Under the pieces are notes generated by a model, which had not been told where the DNA came from, ran no database searches, and was given only the letters and a program-made list of their open reading frames with translations. A stretch of 48,225 nt of DNA. It comes from Pseudomonadota bacterium. GTDB lineage: Bacteria; Pseudomonadota; Gammaproteobacteria; Burkholderiales; JAJZQI01. The translations under genes and the position numbers were made by a program. This document shows positions 9,290 to 18,351 of this stretch, piece after piece. How positions within the stretch are numbered: position 1 is the first letter of the stretch; each line of letters begins with the position of its first letter. Where the stretch lies: assembly GCA_021847305.1 (NCBI GenBank), contig JAJZTZ010000003.1, positions 1 through 48,225 on the forward strand, read 5' to 3'.

Positions 9290-9892
9290 TTAACGCGCAC
9301 CCAGCAGAGTCAGCGTGATCAGCTTCATCTGATTGGTCACTTCTTCGGCTTTGCTGGTGAAATAGTTGAAGAACAACATGGCATACAGGGCAATAAAAAT
9401 ACCCACGCCGGTGGCGTACAGCGCCGTACCGATGCCGCGGCTCACCGCCGCCGGATCAGCTGCCACGCTGCCGGAAGACAGGCTGTAGAACGCGTCGATA
9501 ATACCGAGAATGGTGCCCATCAGGCCCAGCAACGGGGACAGGGTGACGATGGTATCGAGGATCCACAGCCGGGAGATCACTTTCGGCTGTTTGTCTACGT
9601 AAATCGATTGAGCGATGTATTCCATCTGCTCATGGCCATGGTTTTCCTTGGCCGCTTCAACCACCTCGCAGATCGCCTCGGCCTGCGGGCTTTTGTGTGA
9701 GCGGAACGCGTCGAGAATCTCGCCGTGCAAGGTCTTGTCGTGCAGGTGACTGCGCACGAAACTCACCACATCCTTGCCTTCACGCAGGATGGTGGAGAAA
9801 AAAATCATTCGTTCGATGATGAGATAAGTTGCGAGCAGAATTACTCCGCCCATGATGTACATCACGATGTCGTGAATCAGAGTGAACGTCAT
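9290..9892 (-). CDS. exbB: ExbB/MotA/TolQ proton-channel protein
   Basis: Three TM segments; SPLLGLMGTILGII and GIGTALYATGVG motifs. Confidence 0.88.
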   Translation of the reverse strand: MTFTLIHDIVMYIMGGVILLATYLIIERMIFFSTILREGKDVVSFVRSHLHDKTLHGEILDAFRSHKSPQAEAICEVVEAAKENHGHEQMEYIAQSIYVDKQPKVISRLWILDTIVTLSPLLGLMGTILGIIDAFYSLSSGSVAADPAAVSRGIGTALYATGVGIFIALYAMLFFNYFTSKAEEVTNQMKLITLTLLGAR

Positions 9893-9906
9893 GCCAAAAA
9901 TCCTTG

Positions 9907-9934
9907 AAAAAACCGGAACCCTTGCGGGTTCCGG
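9907..9934 (-). terminator. Intra-operonic terminator-like/stabilising hairpin after the receptor gene
   Basis: Minus strand CCGGAACCC-GCAA-GGGTTCCGG-TTTTTT, immediately before the AAGGA RBS of exbB. Confidence 0.7.
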
Positions 9935-9943
9935 GCTGCTGCT

Positions 9944-12145
9944 TTAGAACTTGCCTGTTACGCTGAAGAACGCCATGCGGGGTGCGCCAGCCTGCAGGGT
10001 CTGGGTGGTGCCGTTCGGATCGGAGTAACCGTAGCCGTTGGTGCCCATGGAGGAGAAGTACTGCTTATTGAACAGGTTGTTCACGTTCAGCTGCGCTCTC
10101 ACTTCCTTGAACATGCCTACGTTGCGGGTCTTGTAGCCCACGCCCAGGTTCCAGATCCAGCGCGGATCAACGTAGTTGTCGTTGGAGTAGGTGTAGTAAC
10201 GCTTGGAGGTGTAGTCGCCACCCAGACGGGTGAACCAGGCACCATCGTCATACGCCAGTTCGGTCTTGAAGGTCTGCTCCGGCACGCCGACAACCTGCTT
10301 GCCACTCACATACTGCACAGTGGTACCGTTGAGGTAGTTGTCCTTGTACTGGGTGCTGTTTACGCTCAGGGCGTTGAACCACGACCAGTTGCGCGCCATC
10401 TTCCAGTTCAGGCCCAGATCGAAACCGTTGGACTCAACCTTGCCCACGTTGGCCAGCACGCTCGGGTTGCCGACGATACCGGCGCCGCTGCTGATGCTCA
10501 GCAGACGGTCGTAGAAGTCCACGTGGTACAAGGACAGCACACCGTCAAGCTTGTCGCCGTGGAAACGCCAGCCGCCTTCATAGGTAGTGGACGTTTCCGG
10601 GCGCAGATTGCCCTGAATGGCAGCAAAACCAGCCTGGGTAGTGCTGAACGGCTGGGTGTACAGCGCACGCATGTTCTGTGCGATACCGGCGAACAGTTCG
10701 TTGGACTGATCCAGCTTGTACACCATGCCCACCTGCGGCAGGAACGATTTCTTCGAGGTAATGGTACCGGACGGGTAGTTGGCACCGGTGGTTTCGTTGC
10801 CGGTCACATCAACGCGCGGCGACTTGAAGCCGACATTCACGGTCAGGCGCGGCGACACGGTGATGGTGTCCTGGGCAAACCACTGCAGGGTCTTTTCGGT
10901 GTAATTGAACGCCCAGTCGGTACGGAACGGATTGGACGGAATCACATACGGATCCAGCGCAGCAGCTGCCGTGTTCGCGTAGTAGCGACGGGCCTGATTG
11001 AATTTATCATTTTCATACCACAGGCCACCCTCGATCTTGTGCTTGTCCAGGGTATAGGTCAGTGTCGAGATCAAACCGCTGCGATTGATATCGTATTCGG
11101 TCGTACGGGTAGACGGAACGGTCGTGCCCGGGCTGAATACATACGGGGTCCACCACAAACCGGCACCGCGGTTGTTGTGGTTGTAAACAGTATTTTTCCA
11201 ACGCAGATGGTCGTTGATCTTGGCATCCAGGGTCACGCCGGACAGGTAATCGCGGCGCAGGCCAGAACCGGCATAGTAGGCATCATCCTTGGAGGTTTCG
11301 CCGCTGGTCCAGATACCGTTGGCGGAATCAATCGCCTTCTGCCAGTCCGGATAGTAGTTGTCCCAGTTGTAACCCAGACGGCTGGCCATTTCCTTGGACA
11401 GATCCTGGTAGTCGATTTCCTGACGGTCGGACCAGTTCAGGAAGGCGGACAGTTTGCTTTCACCGAAGAACTGCACGTATTTGGTGTTGATCTGCTTGTA
11501 ACGCTGCTCGCCGTGACCTTTCCACTTATCGGAATTCTGGTCCACGCCGCTGATGTAAAACTTGCCGCCGTTGCTCAGGCGACCGGTGTCCAGACGCACG
11601 AAGGTACGGCGTGCACTGTCGCTGCCCAGCATCTGGCTGGCGGTTACGCCAAACTCTTCTTCCGGATCGGTGGAGTAGAACTGCATGGTACCGCCCAGGT
11701 TACTGGTGGATGCGGTATCCAGCGAACCGGTACCCTGCGATACCTGCACGCGGCCGATGTTTTCGGAAGAAATCGCACGGGCAATGCTCAGACCGTTGTG
11801 GTTGCCGTAGCTCAGGTCACCCAGCGGAATATCGTCCAGGGTGTAACCAAGCTGGCTGGAACTGAAGCCGCGCACGCTCAGGTTGGTCGACCATTCATAG
11901 GCACCGTAGGTGTCGCTGGACTCGAAGTGCACACCCGGCACCTTGTCCAGCACTTTCAGCGGACTGCTGCCCGGTGCGGAATCCTCAATATCCTTTTTGG
12001 TGATGTTCTGCACCTGACGGGTCTGCCCCTGGCCGAACACGGTAATGTCTTCAGTCTGAACAGTATCGTCCTGCGCATAGGCGCTGCTGACCAGCGTGGC
12101 AGCGATCAGCACCGCCAGCGGACGTAAGCGAAACGCGTTACTCAT
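9944..12145 (-). CDS. TonB-dependent outer-membrane receptor
   Basis: Signal peptide, TonB-box-like EDITV, plug motifs (KVPGV, SVRGF, GGTMQF), alternating beta-strands, NNLFNKQY and terminal Phe. Confidence 0.95.
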   Translation of the reverse strand: MSNAFRLRPLAVLIAATLVSSAYAQDDTVQTEDITVFGQGQTRQVQNITKKDIEDSAPGSSPLKVLDKVPGVHFESSDTYGAYEWSTNLSVRGFSSSQLGYTLDDIPLGDLSYGNHNGLSIARAISSENIGRVQVSQGTGSLDTASTSNLGGTMQFYSTDPEEEFGVTASQMLGSDSARRTFVRLDTGRLSNGGKFYISGVDQNSDKWKGHGEQRYKQINTKYVQFFGESKLSAFLNWSDRQEIDYQDLSKEMASRLGYNWDNYYPDWQKAIDSANGIWTSGETSKDDAYYAGSGLRRDYLSGVTLDAKINDHLRWKNTVYNHNNRGAGLWWTPYVFSPGTTVPSTRTTEYDINRSGLISTLTYTLDKHKIEGGLWYENDKFNQARRYYANTAAAALDPYVIPSNPFRTDWAFNYTEKTLQWFAQDTITVSPRLTVNVGFKSPRVDVTGNETTGANYPSGTITSKKSFLPQVGMVYKLDQSNELFAGIAQNMRALYTQPFSTTQAGFAAIQGNLRPETSTTYEGGWRFHGDKLDGVLSLYHVDFYDRLLSISSGAGIVGNPSVLANVGKVESNGFDLGLNWKMARNWSWFNALSVNSTQYKDNYLNGTTVQYVSGKQVVGVPEQTFKTELAYDDGAWFTRLGGDYTSKRYYTYSNDNYVDPRWIWNLGVGYKTRNVGMFKEVRAQLNVNNLFNKQYFSSMGTNGYGYSDPNGTTQTLQAGAPRMAFFSVTGKF

Positions 12146-12201
12146 CTAAAACCCCCTGATTAATTGGCACTTTTATAAATAAACCGGCATATGGCCGCCG
12201 G

Positions 12202-12900
12202 CTAGTAGTTGATGGAGAAGACCAGTTTGGTACGGAACTCTTTCTGGTTTTCACCAACCCAGGCGTCTGCCGGAAATGCAGCAAAAGAGGCAGAACGAAC
12301 GGCACGCAAAGCCGCCTGATCGAGCAGCGGATAACCCGATGACTTGGTTACTTCCGCGGAAACAAGTTTGCCGGTGCGATCCAGCACATAGAGAATCTCG
12401 ACCGCGCCGGCCATCCCCAGGTCGCGGGCGCTGTCGGGATATACCTTGTTGTGTTCGATTTGCGCGCGCACATCCTTGGCGAAGCGCCCCTCCGCGGCTG
12501 CATTACTCTGCGGCGGGCTGGGCGGTGCCGGCGGGATGGTTTTGGCTTCTGCGGCAACCGGCGCCACGGGCACGCTCACCGGGTTCGATTCCGGCACCGG
12601 TGAAGGCTTGGCCGCCACCGGAGTCACCGGTGTTTGCTTTACCGGTTCGGGCTTGCTTTCGTGATGCACAGGCTGGGGCGGTTTGGGCGGTTCAATTGGC
12701 TTGGGTGGCTCGACCGGTTTGGGCTGCTCTACCGGCGGTTCGGCCAGCGTGACCTCAATCGGCGTCTCCGGCGGCAAGGGATCATGGCGGATCGCCAAAT
12801 GGGTGATGGCGAACGCCAGCATGATCCCTGCCAGCATGGCGCCACCCTGGGCAAACCACTCGCGCTTGTCGTAAACCAGCGGAATTGCAACGGCTGTCAT
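12202..12900 (-). CDS. tonB: TonB energy transducer
   Basis: One N-terminal TM, Pro-rich EP/KP linker, C-terminal domain (YPDSARDLGMAG...SSGYPLLDQAAL). Confidence 0.9.
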   Translation of the reverse strand: MTAVAIPLVYDKREWFAQGGAMLAGIMLAFAITHLAIRHDPLPPETPIEVTLAEPPVEQPKPVEPPKPIEPPKPPQPVHHESKPEPVKQTPVTPVAAKPSPVPESNPVSVPVAPVAAEAKTIPPAPPSPPQSNAAAEGRFAKDVRAQIEHNKVYPDSARDLGMAGAVEILYVLDRTGKLVSAEVTKSSGYPLLDQAALRAVRSASFAAFPADAWVGENQKEFRTKLVFSINY

Positions 12901-12915
12901 ATTCCCTCCTGTCCC

Positions 12916-13323
12916 TTATTTCCGGGCAGAAGCGATGGCAATGGAGGTAATGCCGGACGACTTGACCGTATCCATCACATCCACCAGTTGCTGTACCGAA
13001 GCATCGCGATCGCTGTTGACTACAACGTCTATGTCCTTGCCGCTTTGCTTGAGTTTCACCAGTTCCGCCTTAAGCGAGACCAGCGTCTGGTTCTGGCCGT
13101 CCAGCTGGATCACACCGCTCTTGCTCACGGTGACCACCACATGGACCCGCACATCGAGCTTTTCCGGCTGGCCAGCGGTCGGCAATTTGGTTTTGATTCC
13201 CAGCGCAGGTATCACGTGCAGACTGATCAGCACAAAGAACACCAGGAGAAACATCATCACGTCGATCATCGGGATGATTTCGATACGGGCCTTGCGGCGA
13301 GGCTCTTCGTGCCAGAACAACAT
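12916..13323 (-). CDS. exbD: ExbD/TolR biopolymer transport protein
   Basis: IEIIPMIDVMMFLLVFFV (conserved TM Asp), periplasmic domain ending DVMDTVKSSG; AAGGA RBS. Confidence 0.92.
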   Translation of the reverse strand: MLFWHEEPRRKARIEIIPMIDVMMFLLVFFVLISLHVIPALGIKTKLPTAGQPEKLDVRVHVVVTVSKSGVIQLDGQNQTLVSLKAELVKLKQSGKDIDVVVNSDRDASVQQLVDVMDTVKSSGITSIAIASARK

Positions 13324-13377
13324 TGCTGTTTCCTTAAAACTCTTAATTAAATCGGTTAGATCAAATCTAAGAGCGGC

Positions 13378-13462
13378 ACTATATAAGCAAGTAATTACAT
13401 ACCGATTAACCTTTTATTTCATTTATTTACTCCGTTACAAAACGATGCAAATGGTGTTACAG
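13378..13462 (-). promoter_or_regulatory. Candidate PhoB-dependent promoter (tandem Pho-box-like repeats plus -10)
   Basis: Minus strand CTGTAAC-N4-TTTGCAT-N4-TTGTAAC (13462-13434), then ATGAAAT-N4-GGTTAAT-N4-ATGTAAT (13422-13394), then exactly 10 bp, then TATAGT (13383-13378). Confidence 0.6.
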
Positions 13463-13500
13463 GCTGAAGGGTTTTAGCCGGACAAAGCAGAAATAATTAA

Positions 13501-13627
13501 GGAAGCACTGATTTAATCGCGCTTCCGTGCCGGGCAGATTTTTCGCCCGGTCGCTCAATGGCATTAGTCATTGAAAGCGTGAGGCCGTACGGACATGCGC
13601 CGCGCAGCCGCCTTAATCAGCACTTTC
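13501..13627 (+). mobile_element. MITE-like structured repeat, copy 2 (127 bp, short form)
   Basis: TTAA-GGAAGCACTGATTTAA...TTAATCAGCACTTTC-TTAA. Colinear with copies 1 and 3 but lacks the terminal hairpin module (25 bp shorter). Confidence 0.78.
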
Positions 13628-13765
13628 TTAAGGGTACGATTGCGTGTAACAGCGCACCGGACAACAGATGCGGTCAATGTTTTCCTGTCACAGCAAATTC
13701 ATTGGAAATTCATGGACAAACCGGCAAGACTTGCCATCTGCAGGACCGACTTGCGGCGCATTTTT

Positions 13766-13774
13766 TGTTATGAT
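13766..13774 (+). promoter_or_regulatory. Candidate extended -10 promoter of cstA
   Basis: TG-T-TATGAT about 45 bp upstream of the cstA start; no good -35. Confidence 0.35.
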
Positions 13775-13817
13775 GTGCAACACCTAAAACGAGACCAAAT
13801 AGCGAGACTCCACAATC

Positions 13818-15896
13818 ATGATGCCAGAACCACGAATCATGTCCCTGATCGGCTGGGTGCTGATTTCCCTCATCGGCGCATCGGCGCTGGGCGGCATTGC
13901 CTTGCATCGCGGCGAAGAAATCAATTCCCTCTGGTTCATCACCGCCGCCATCTGCGTCTACGCCATCGGCTACCGTCTGTACGCCGCCTGGATTGCAGCC
14001 AAGGTGCTGGTTCTGGATGAAACCCGCGCTACTCCGGCAGAGCGCCTTAACAATGGCCGCGACTTCATCCCCACCAACAAATGGATCGTCTTCGGCCATC
14101 ACTTTGCTGCCATTGCCGGCCCCGGCCCGCTGGTCGGCCCCACTCTGGCGGCACAGTTCGGCTATCTGCCGGGTACGCTGTGGATTCTGATCGGCGGCGT
14201 GCTGGGTGGCGCAGTGCAGGATATGGTCACGCTATTCTTCTCCGTTCGCCGTAACGGCCGCAGCCTGGGCCAGATGGCCCGCGACGAACTCGGCCCAATC
14301 GGCGGTAGCGCGGCGCTGATCGGCACGCTGATGATCATGATCATCCTTATCGCCGTGCTCGGTCTGGTGGTGGTTAATGCCATGAAGCACAGCCCCTGGG
14401 CCACATCCACCGTTTTCGCCACCATTCCCATTGCCATGTTTGTCGGCCTGTATATGCGTAACATCCGCCCCGGCCGCGTTCTCGAAGGTTCGCTGATCGG
14501 TGCGGCGCTGCTGCTGCTTGCCGTAGTGGGCGGCGGCTGGGTCGACCACAACGCCTCGCTGCGCGGTCTGTTTGACCACGAAGGCCTGACACTGGCCTGG
14601 TTCGTCATCGGTTACGGTTTCCTGGCCGCCATCATGCCGGTTTGGCTGCTGCTGGCGCCGCGCGATTACCTGTCCACCTTCATGAAACTCGGCACCATCG
14701 CCCTGCTGGCCATCGCAATTCTGCTGCTGCAACCGATGATCAAAATGCCGGCCGTCACCCAGTTCATCGACGGCAGCGGACCAATTTTCGGCGGCAAGCT
14801 GTTCCCCTTCGTATTCATCACCATCGCCTGTGGCGCGATATCCGGCTTCCATGCCCTGATTTCCTCCGGCACTACGCCCAAACTGCTGGCCAACGAGCGG
14901 GATATTCCCCTGATCGGTTATGGCAGCATGCTGCTGGAATCCTTTGTTGCCCTGATGGCCATGATTGCCGCGAGCGTACTGGAACCCGGCGTGTTTTTTG
15001 CCATCAACAGCCCGGCCGGCGTGGTTGGTAAGGAAGCCGCCGATGCTGTAGCCATGATCTCCTCCTGGGGCTTTCCGGTTAGCGTCGAACAGATGCAGGG
15101 GCTGGCCAGGGAAATGGGCGAAGCCACCCTGTTTGCCCGTACCGGCGGGGCGCCGTCGCTGGCAGTCGGCATGGCCTCGATCTTCGGCAGTGCTTTCGGT
15201 CAGGGACTGCTGGCCATGTGGTATCACTTTGCCATCATGTTCGAGGCCATTTTCATCCTCACCACTCTCGATGCCGGCACCCGTGTTGGCCGCTTCATGC
15301 TGCAGGACATGCTTGGCAACGTCTACAAGCCGCTCGGTCAGACCTCCTGGTATCCCTCGGTCATTCTCACCAGCGCACTGGTGGTGGCGGCCTGGGGCTA
15401 CTTCCTCTACATTGGTGTGATTGACCCGAACGGCGGCGTCAACCTGCTGTGGCCGCTGTTCGGCATTTCCAACCAGATGCTCGCCGCCATCGCCCTGTCG
15501 GTGGGGACCGCAATCATTATCAAGTCCGGCAAGCTGAAATACGCCTGGGTGACCGGCGTACCGCTGGCCTGGCTGGCCGTCATCACCACCACAGCATCGT
15601 GGCAAAAACTGATGAGCGATGATGTCCGGGTCGGTTTTCTCTCTGCCGCCGACGCCATGGCGCACAAACTCGCCAGCGGTACCCTGCCGCCGGAGAAGGC
15701 CGCTGTCGCGCCGCAGCTGATCTTCAACCTGCAGCTGGATGCAGCGCTCACCCTGTTTTTTGTCGCGGTGCTGTGGATCGTGATCCTCGACATGCTGCGT
15801 ATGGCCAGCCGCCATCTTGCCGGCAAGCCGGTTCTGCCCCTGGCAGAAGCGCCGCATGAACCGAGCCGGCTGGTGGAAGACTGGGTACGCGACTGA
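13818..15896 (+). CDS. cstA: Carbon starvation protein A family transporter (CstA/BtsT; peptide or pyruvate uptake)
   Basis: [49 protein letters not shown] and [11 protein letters not shown]; many TM segments. Exact start (13818, 13821 or 13839) uncertain. Confidence 0.95.
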   Translation: MMPEPRIMSLIGWVLISLIGASALGGIALHRGEEINSLWFITAAICVYAIGYRLYAAWIAAKVLVLDETRATPAERLNNGRDFIPTNKWIVFGHHFAAIAGPGPLVGPTLAAQFGYLPGTLWILIGGVLGGAVQDMVTLFFSVRRNGRSLGQMARDELGPIGGSAALIGTLMIMIILIAVLGLVVVNAMKHSPWATSTVFATIPIAMFVGLYMRNIRPGRVLEGSLIGAALLLLAVVGGGWVDHNASLRGLFDHEGLTLAWFVIGYGFLAAIMPVWLLLAPRDYLSTFMKLGTIALLAIAILLLQPMIKMPAVTQFIDGSGPIFGGKLFPFVFITIACGAISGFHALISSGTTPKLLANERDIPLIGYGSMLLESFVALMAMIAASVLEPGVFFAINSPAGVVGKEAADAVAMISSWGFPVSVEQMQGLAREMGEATLFARTGGAPSLAVGMASIFGSAFGQGLLAMWYHFAIMFEAIFILTTLDAGTRVGRFMLQDMLGNVYKPLGQTSWYPSVILTSALVVAAWGYFLYIGVIDPNGGVNLLWPLFGISNQMLAAIALSVGTAIIIKSGKLKYAWVTGVPLAWLAVITTTASWQKLMSDDVRVGFLSAADAMAHKLASGTLPPEKAAVAPQLIFNLQLDAALTLFFVAVLWIVILDMLRMASRHLAGKPVLPLAEAPHEPSRLVEDWVRD

Positions 15897-16075
15897 TGCG
15901 CACCTGGCTGACACGTTTATGGCGTTACCTGCGGGAAGTCTCCGGAGACGACGCCTATGAACGCTACCTGAAACACCATGCGGAGGCCCACCCTGACGAG
16001 CCTCCGCTCTCCTGCAAGGCGTTCTACCAGCGCGAACTGGAACGCAAATGGAGTGGCGTTAAACGCTGCTGCTGA
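15896..16075 (+). CDS. YbdD/YjiX (DUF466) family small protein, 59 aa
   Basis: Translated by hand: [64 protein letters not shown] overlap with the cstA stop; YERY, HPD and RCC end are typical of this cstA partner. Confidence 0.9.
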   Translation: MRTWLTRLWRYLREVSGDDAYERYLKHHAEAHPDEPPLSCKAFYQRELERKWSGVKRCC

Positions 16076-16227
16076 CTTCGCTTACCTCCCTGTGCGCTTT
16101 CGCGTACTTCTTTATCGCCTCACACCAATTCCCCGCCGGCATCGCTAAAATCAGCTTCTTCGCCCTGGCCCGCATTCAGCTTAATAATGTTCTACTATTA
16201 AACGGTTAACCTTCATAAGCTGCGGCA

Positions 16228-18231
16228 ATGAATCCAGCGAAGATCAAAGAGTGGGCATCACGCGCAACGAACCAGTCCATTACCGGTAAGGTCGTCCTGA
16301 TTATCGGCCTGTTCGTATTCATTGCCATCGTGCTGGGGGGCATGATCTATCTGCAAGGCCGCATTTTCGACGGTGTGCGCGTGTATGTGCGCGGTGAGGG
16401 CCTGTGGGCCAAAGGACAGAAAGACGCGGTAATTTATCTTGAGCGGTACTCTCACAGCCATGCCGAGGACGACTACCGCGCCTTTCTCCAGGCAGTGGAA
16501 ACCAACCTGGGTGATCATGCCGCGCGGAAGGCCCTGCTGGCCACGCCACCCGACTTGCAAGCTGCCGCCACCGGCTTTGCCCATGGGCAGAACGACCCAG
16601 AGGACATTGACGCACTTATCTGGTTTTTCCAGCACTTCCAGTCGATCTCCTATATGCACCAGGCCATTGCCATCTGGACCGATGCCGACCAAAAAATTAA
16701 GGAACTGCTAGAAGTCGGCCAGGCAATCCGCCAGGAAATTCAGTCCGGCGCACATGATACCGAGAAGCTGAACAGCCTGCGCAGCCGGGTGAATTCCCTC
16801 AATATCGAGCTCCTCACGCTGGAAAACCGTTTCTCCTCGGTTCTCGGAGAAGGAGCCCGCTGGGTGAAACAAGCCACCCTGATTGCCAGCCTGACGCTGC
16901 TGCTGCTGTTTGTCAGCCTGGCCATGATCATCAGCCGCCAGCTTATTGCGGTGATTGCCCAAACCGAACGCGAACTGAAAATCAGCGAATCCCGTTTTCG
17001 CAGCCTCAAGGAATCCAACACCATCGGCATTCTTTCCTGGCGCATGGACGGTACGCTTGACGAGGCCAACAAACATTTTCTCGATATGCTGGGCTACAGC
17101 GAAGTCGAATTCAGGGAAGGCCGACTCAACTGGCGGGACCTGACACCCGCGGCGTTTCGCGCCCGCGATGAACAGACTATTGCCGAACTGCTGGAACACG
17201 GCAGTTGCACGCCCTTCGAAAAGGCCTTTCTGCACAAGGACGGCCACCCGGTGCCGGTCTATATCGGCGCCGCACTGCTCAATGGCGAGGTAAACCAGGG
17301 TATCGCCTACATCATGGATCTGACGGAGCGCAAGCAAACCGAAAAGCAGCTGCGCCTGGCCGCTGTTGTGTTCGACTCCAGCCATGACGGAATTTTGGTC
17401 ACTGATGCCGACATGCGTATTGTTTCCGTCAACCAGGCCTTATGCGAAATGAGCGGATATACGGAAAGCGAGCTGATCGGGCAAATACCTTCCATTCTTC
17501 AATCCGGCTACACCACGGTGGAGCAATATCATGAAATGCTCACAGCCCTGTACGGCCCGGGACACTGGCAGGGCGACATTGTCGATCGCAAGAAGCACGG
17601 CGCTCTTTTGCCGGTGCATATCAGCATCAGCGCGGTGAGAAATGAGGAACAGCAGGTCAGCCACTATGTAGCCATTATTTCCGACAACGCCGAACGCAAG
17701 GCGGAAGAAGAGCATCTGCGCCATATTGCGCATCACGATACACTGACGGGGCTGCCCAACCGCGTCCTGTTCAATGACCGTATTGAGCAGCTGATCAAGC
17801 GCAGCGAACGCAACGGCGGACGGTTTGCCATTCTGTTCTTCGACCTGGACAATTTCAAACCGGTAAATGACAATTTCGGCCACGCAGTGGGCGACAAATT
17901 GCTCCAGACCGTTGCCAACCGTCTGACCCAGCATGTACGCGGCACCGACACGGTAACCAGACTGGGCGGGGATGAATTCGTTATCCTGCTGGAAGAGGTG
18001 GCCAACCGGGATAGCGCAGAGAAACTGCTGCAAAATACCGTGGCTTCGGTCAGTGCCCCGTGCACCATCAACGGCCACGACCTCACCATCAGTGTCAGTG
18101 CCGGTATCAGCCTGTATCCGGATGACGGCACTGATATCAAGGCGCTCATGCACCATGCCGACCAGGCAATGTATCACATGAAACAGAAAAGTCGCCCGAA
18201 GCAGTTGCAGACGACAGCCCCACGCGCCTGA
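16228..18231 (+). CDS. Membrane-bound diguanylate cyclase (periplasmic sensor-PAS-PAS-GGDEF)
   Basis: Two TMs around a periplasmic region, two PAS/PAC domains, HDTLTGLPNR, FDLDNFKPVND, RGTD I-site and GGDEF. Confidence 0.92.
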   Translation: MNPAKIKEWASRATNQSITGKVVLIIGLFVFIAIVLGGMIYLQGRIFDGVRVYVRGEGLWAKGQKDAVIYLERYSHSHAEDDYRAFLQAVETNLGDHAARKALLATPPDLQAAATGFAHGQNDPEDIDALIWFFQHFQSISYMHQAIAIWTDADQKIKELLEVGQAIRQEIQSGAHDTEKLNSLRSRVNSLNIELLTLENRFSSVLGEGARWVKQATLIASLTLLLLFVSLAMIISRQLIAVIAQTERELKISESRFRSLKESNTIGILSWRMDGTLDEANKHFLDMLGYSEVEFREGRLNWRDLTPAAFRARDEQTIAELLEHGSCTPFEKAFLHKDGHPVPVYIGAALLNGEVNQGIAYIMDLTERKQTEKQLRLAAVVFDSSHDGILVTDADMRIVSVNQALCEMSGYTESELIGQIPSILQSGYTTVEQYHEMLTALYGPGHWQGDIVDRKKHGALLPVHISISAVRNEEQQVSHYVAIISDNAERKAEEEHLRHIAHHDTLTGLPNRVLFNDRIEQLIKRSERNGGRFAILFFDLDNFKPVNDNFGHAVGDKLLQTVANRLTQHVRGTDTVTRLGGDEFVILLEEVANRDSAEKLLQNTVASVSAPCTINGHDLTISVSAGISLYPDDGTDIKALMHHADQAMYHMKQKSRPKQLQTTAPRA

Positions 18232-18260
18232 AACATTACGTTACAAATTACCTACATTCC

Positions 18261-18288
18261 GGAACAGATCATCAATACACAGGTCTGA
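18261..18288 (+). promoter_or_regulatory. Candidate RpoE/AlgU-type ECF sigma promoter
   Basis: GGAACAG-N16-TCTGA, about 65 bp upstream of the 18352 start. Confidence 0.5.
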
Positions 18289-18351
18289 TAGGATATCCCC
18301 ATGCATTTCAGCTCTGGAATGCATACCGCAGACACGTTATGGAGGTTAATT

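Noticed and set aside
5669-15914. Long antisense ORFs (5669-7426, 7646-9253, 10523-12127, 14232-15914; similarly 25472-26923, 30082-31632, 44229-45728)
   Set aside because: They mirror well-supported genes on the opposite strand, have no recognisable motifs, and are the expected shadow ORFs of GC-rich codon usage.
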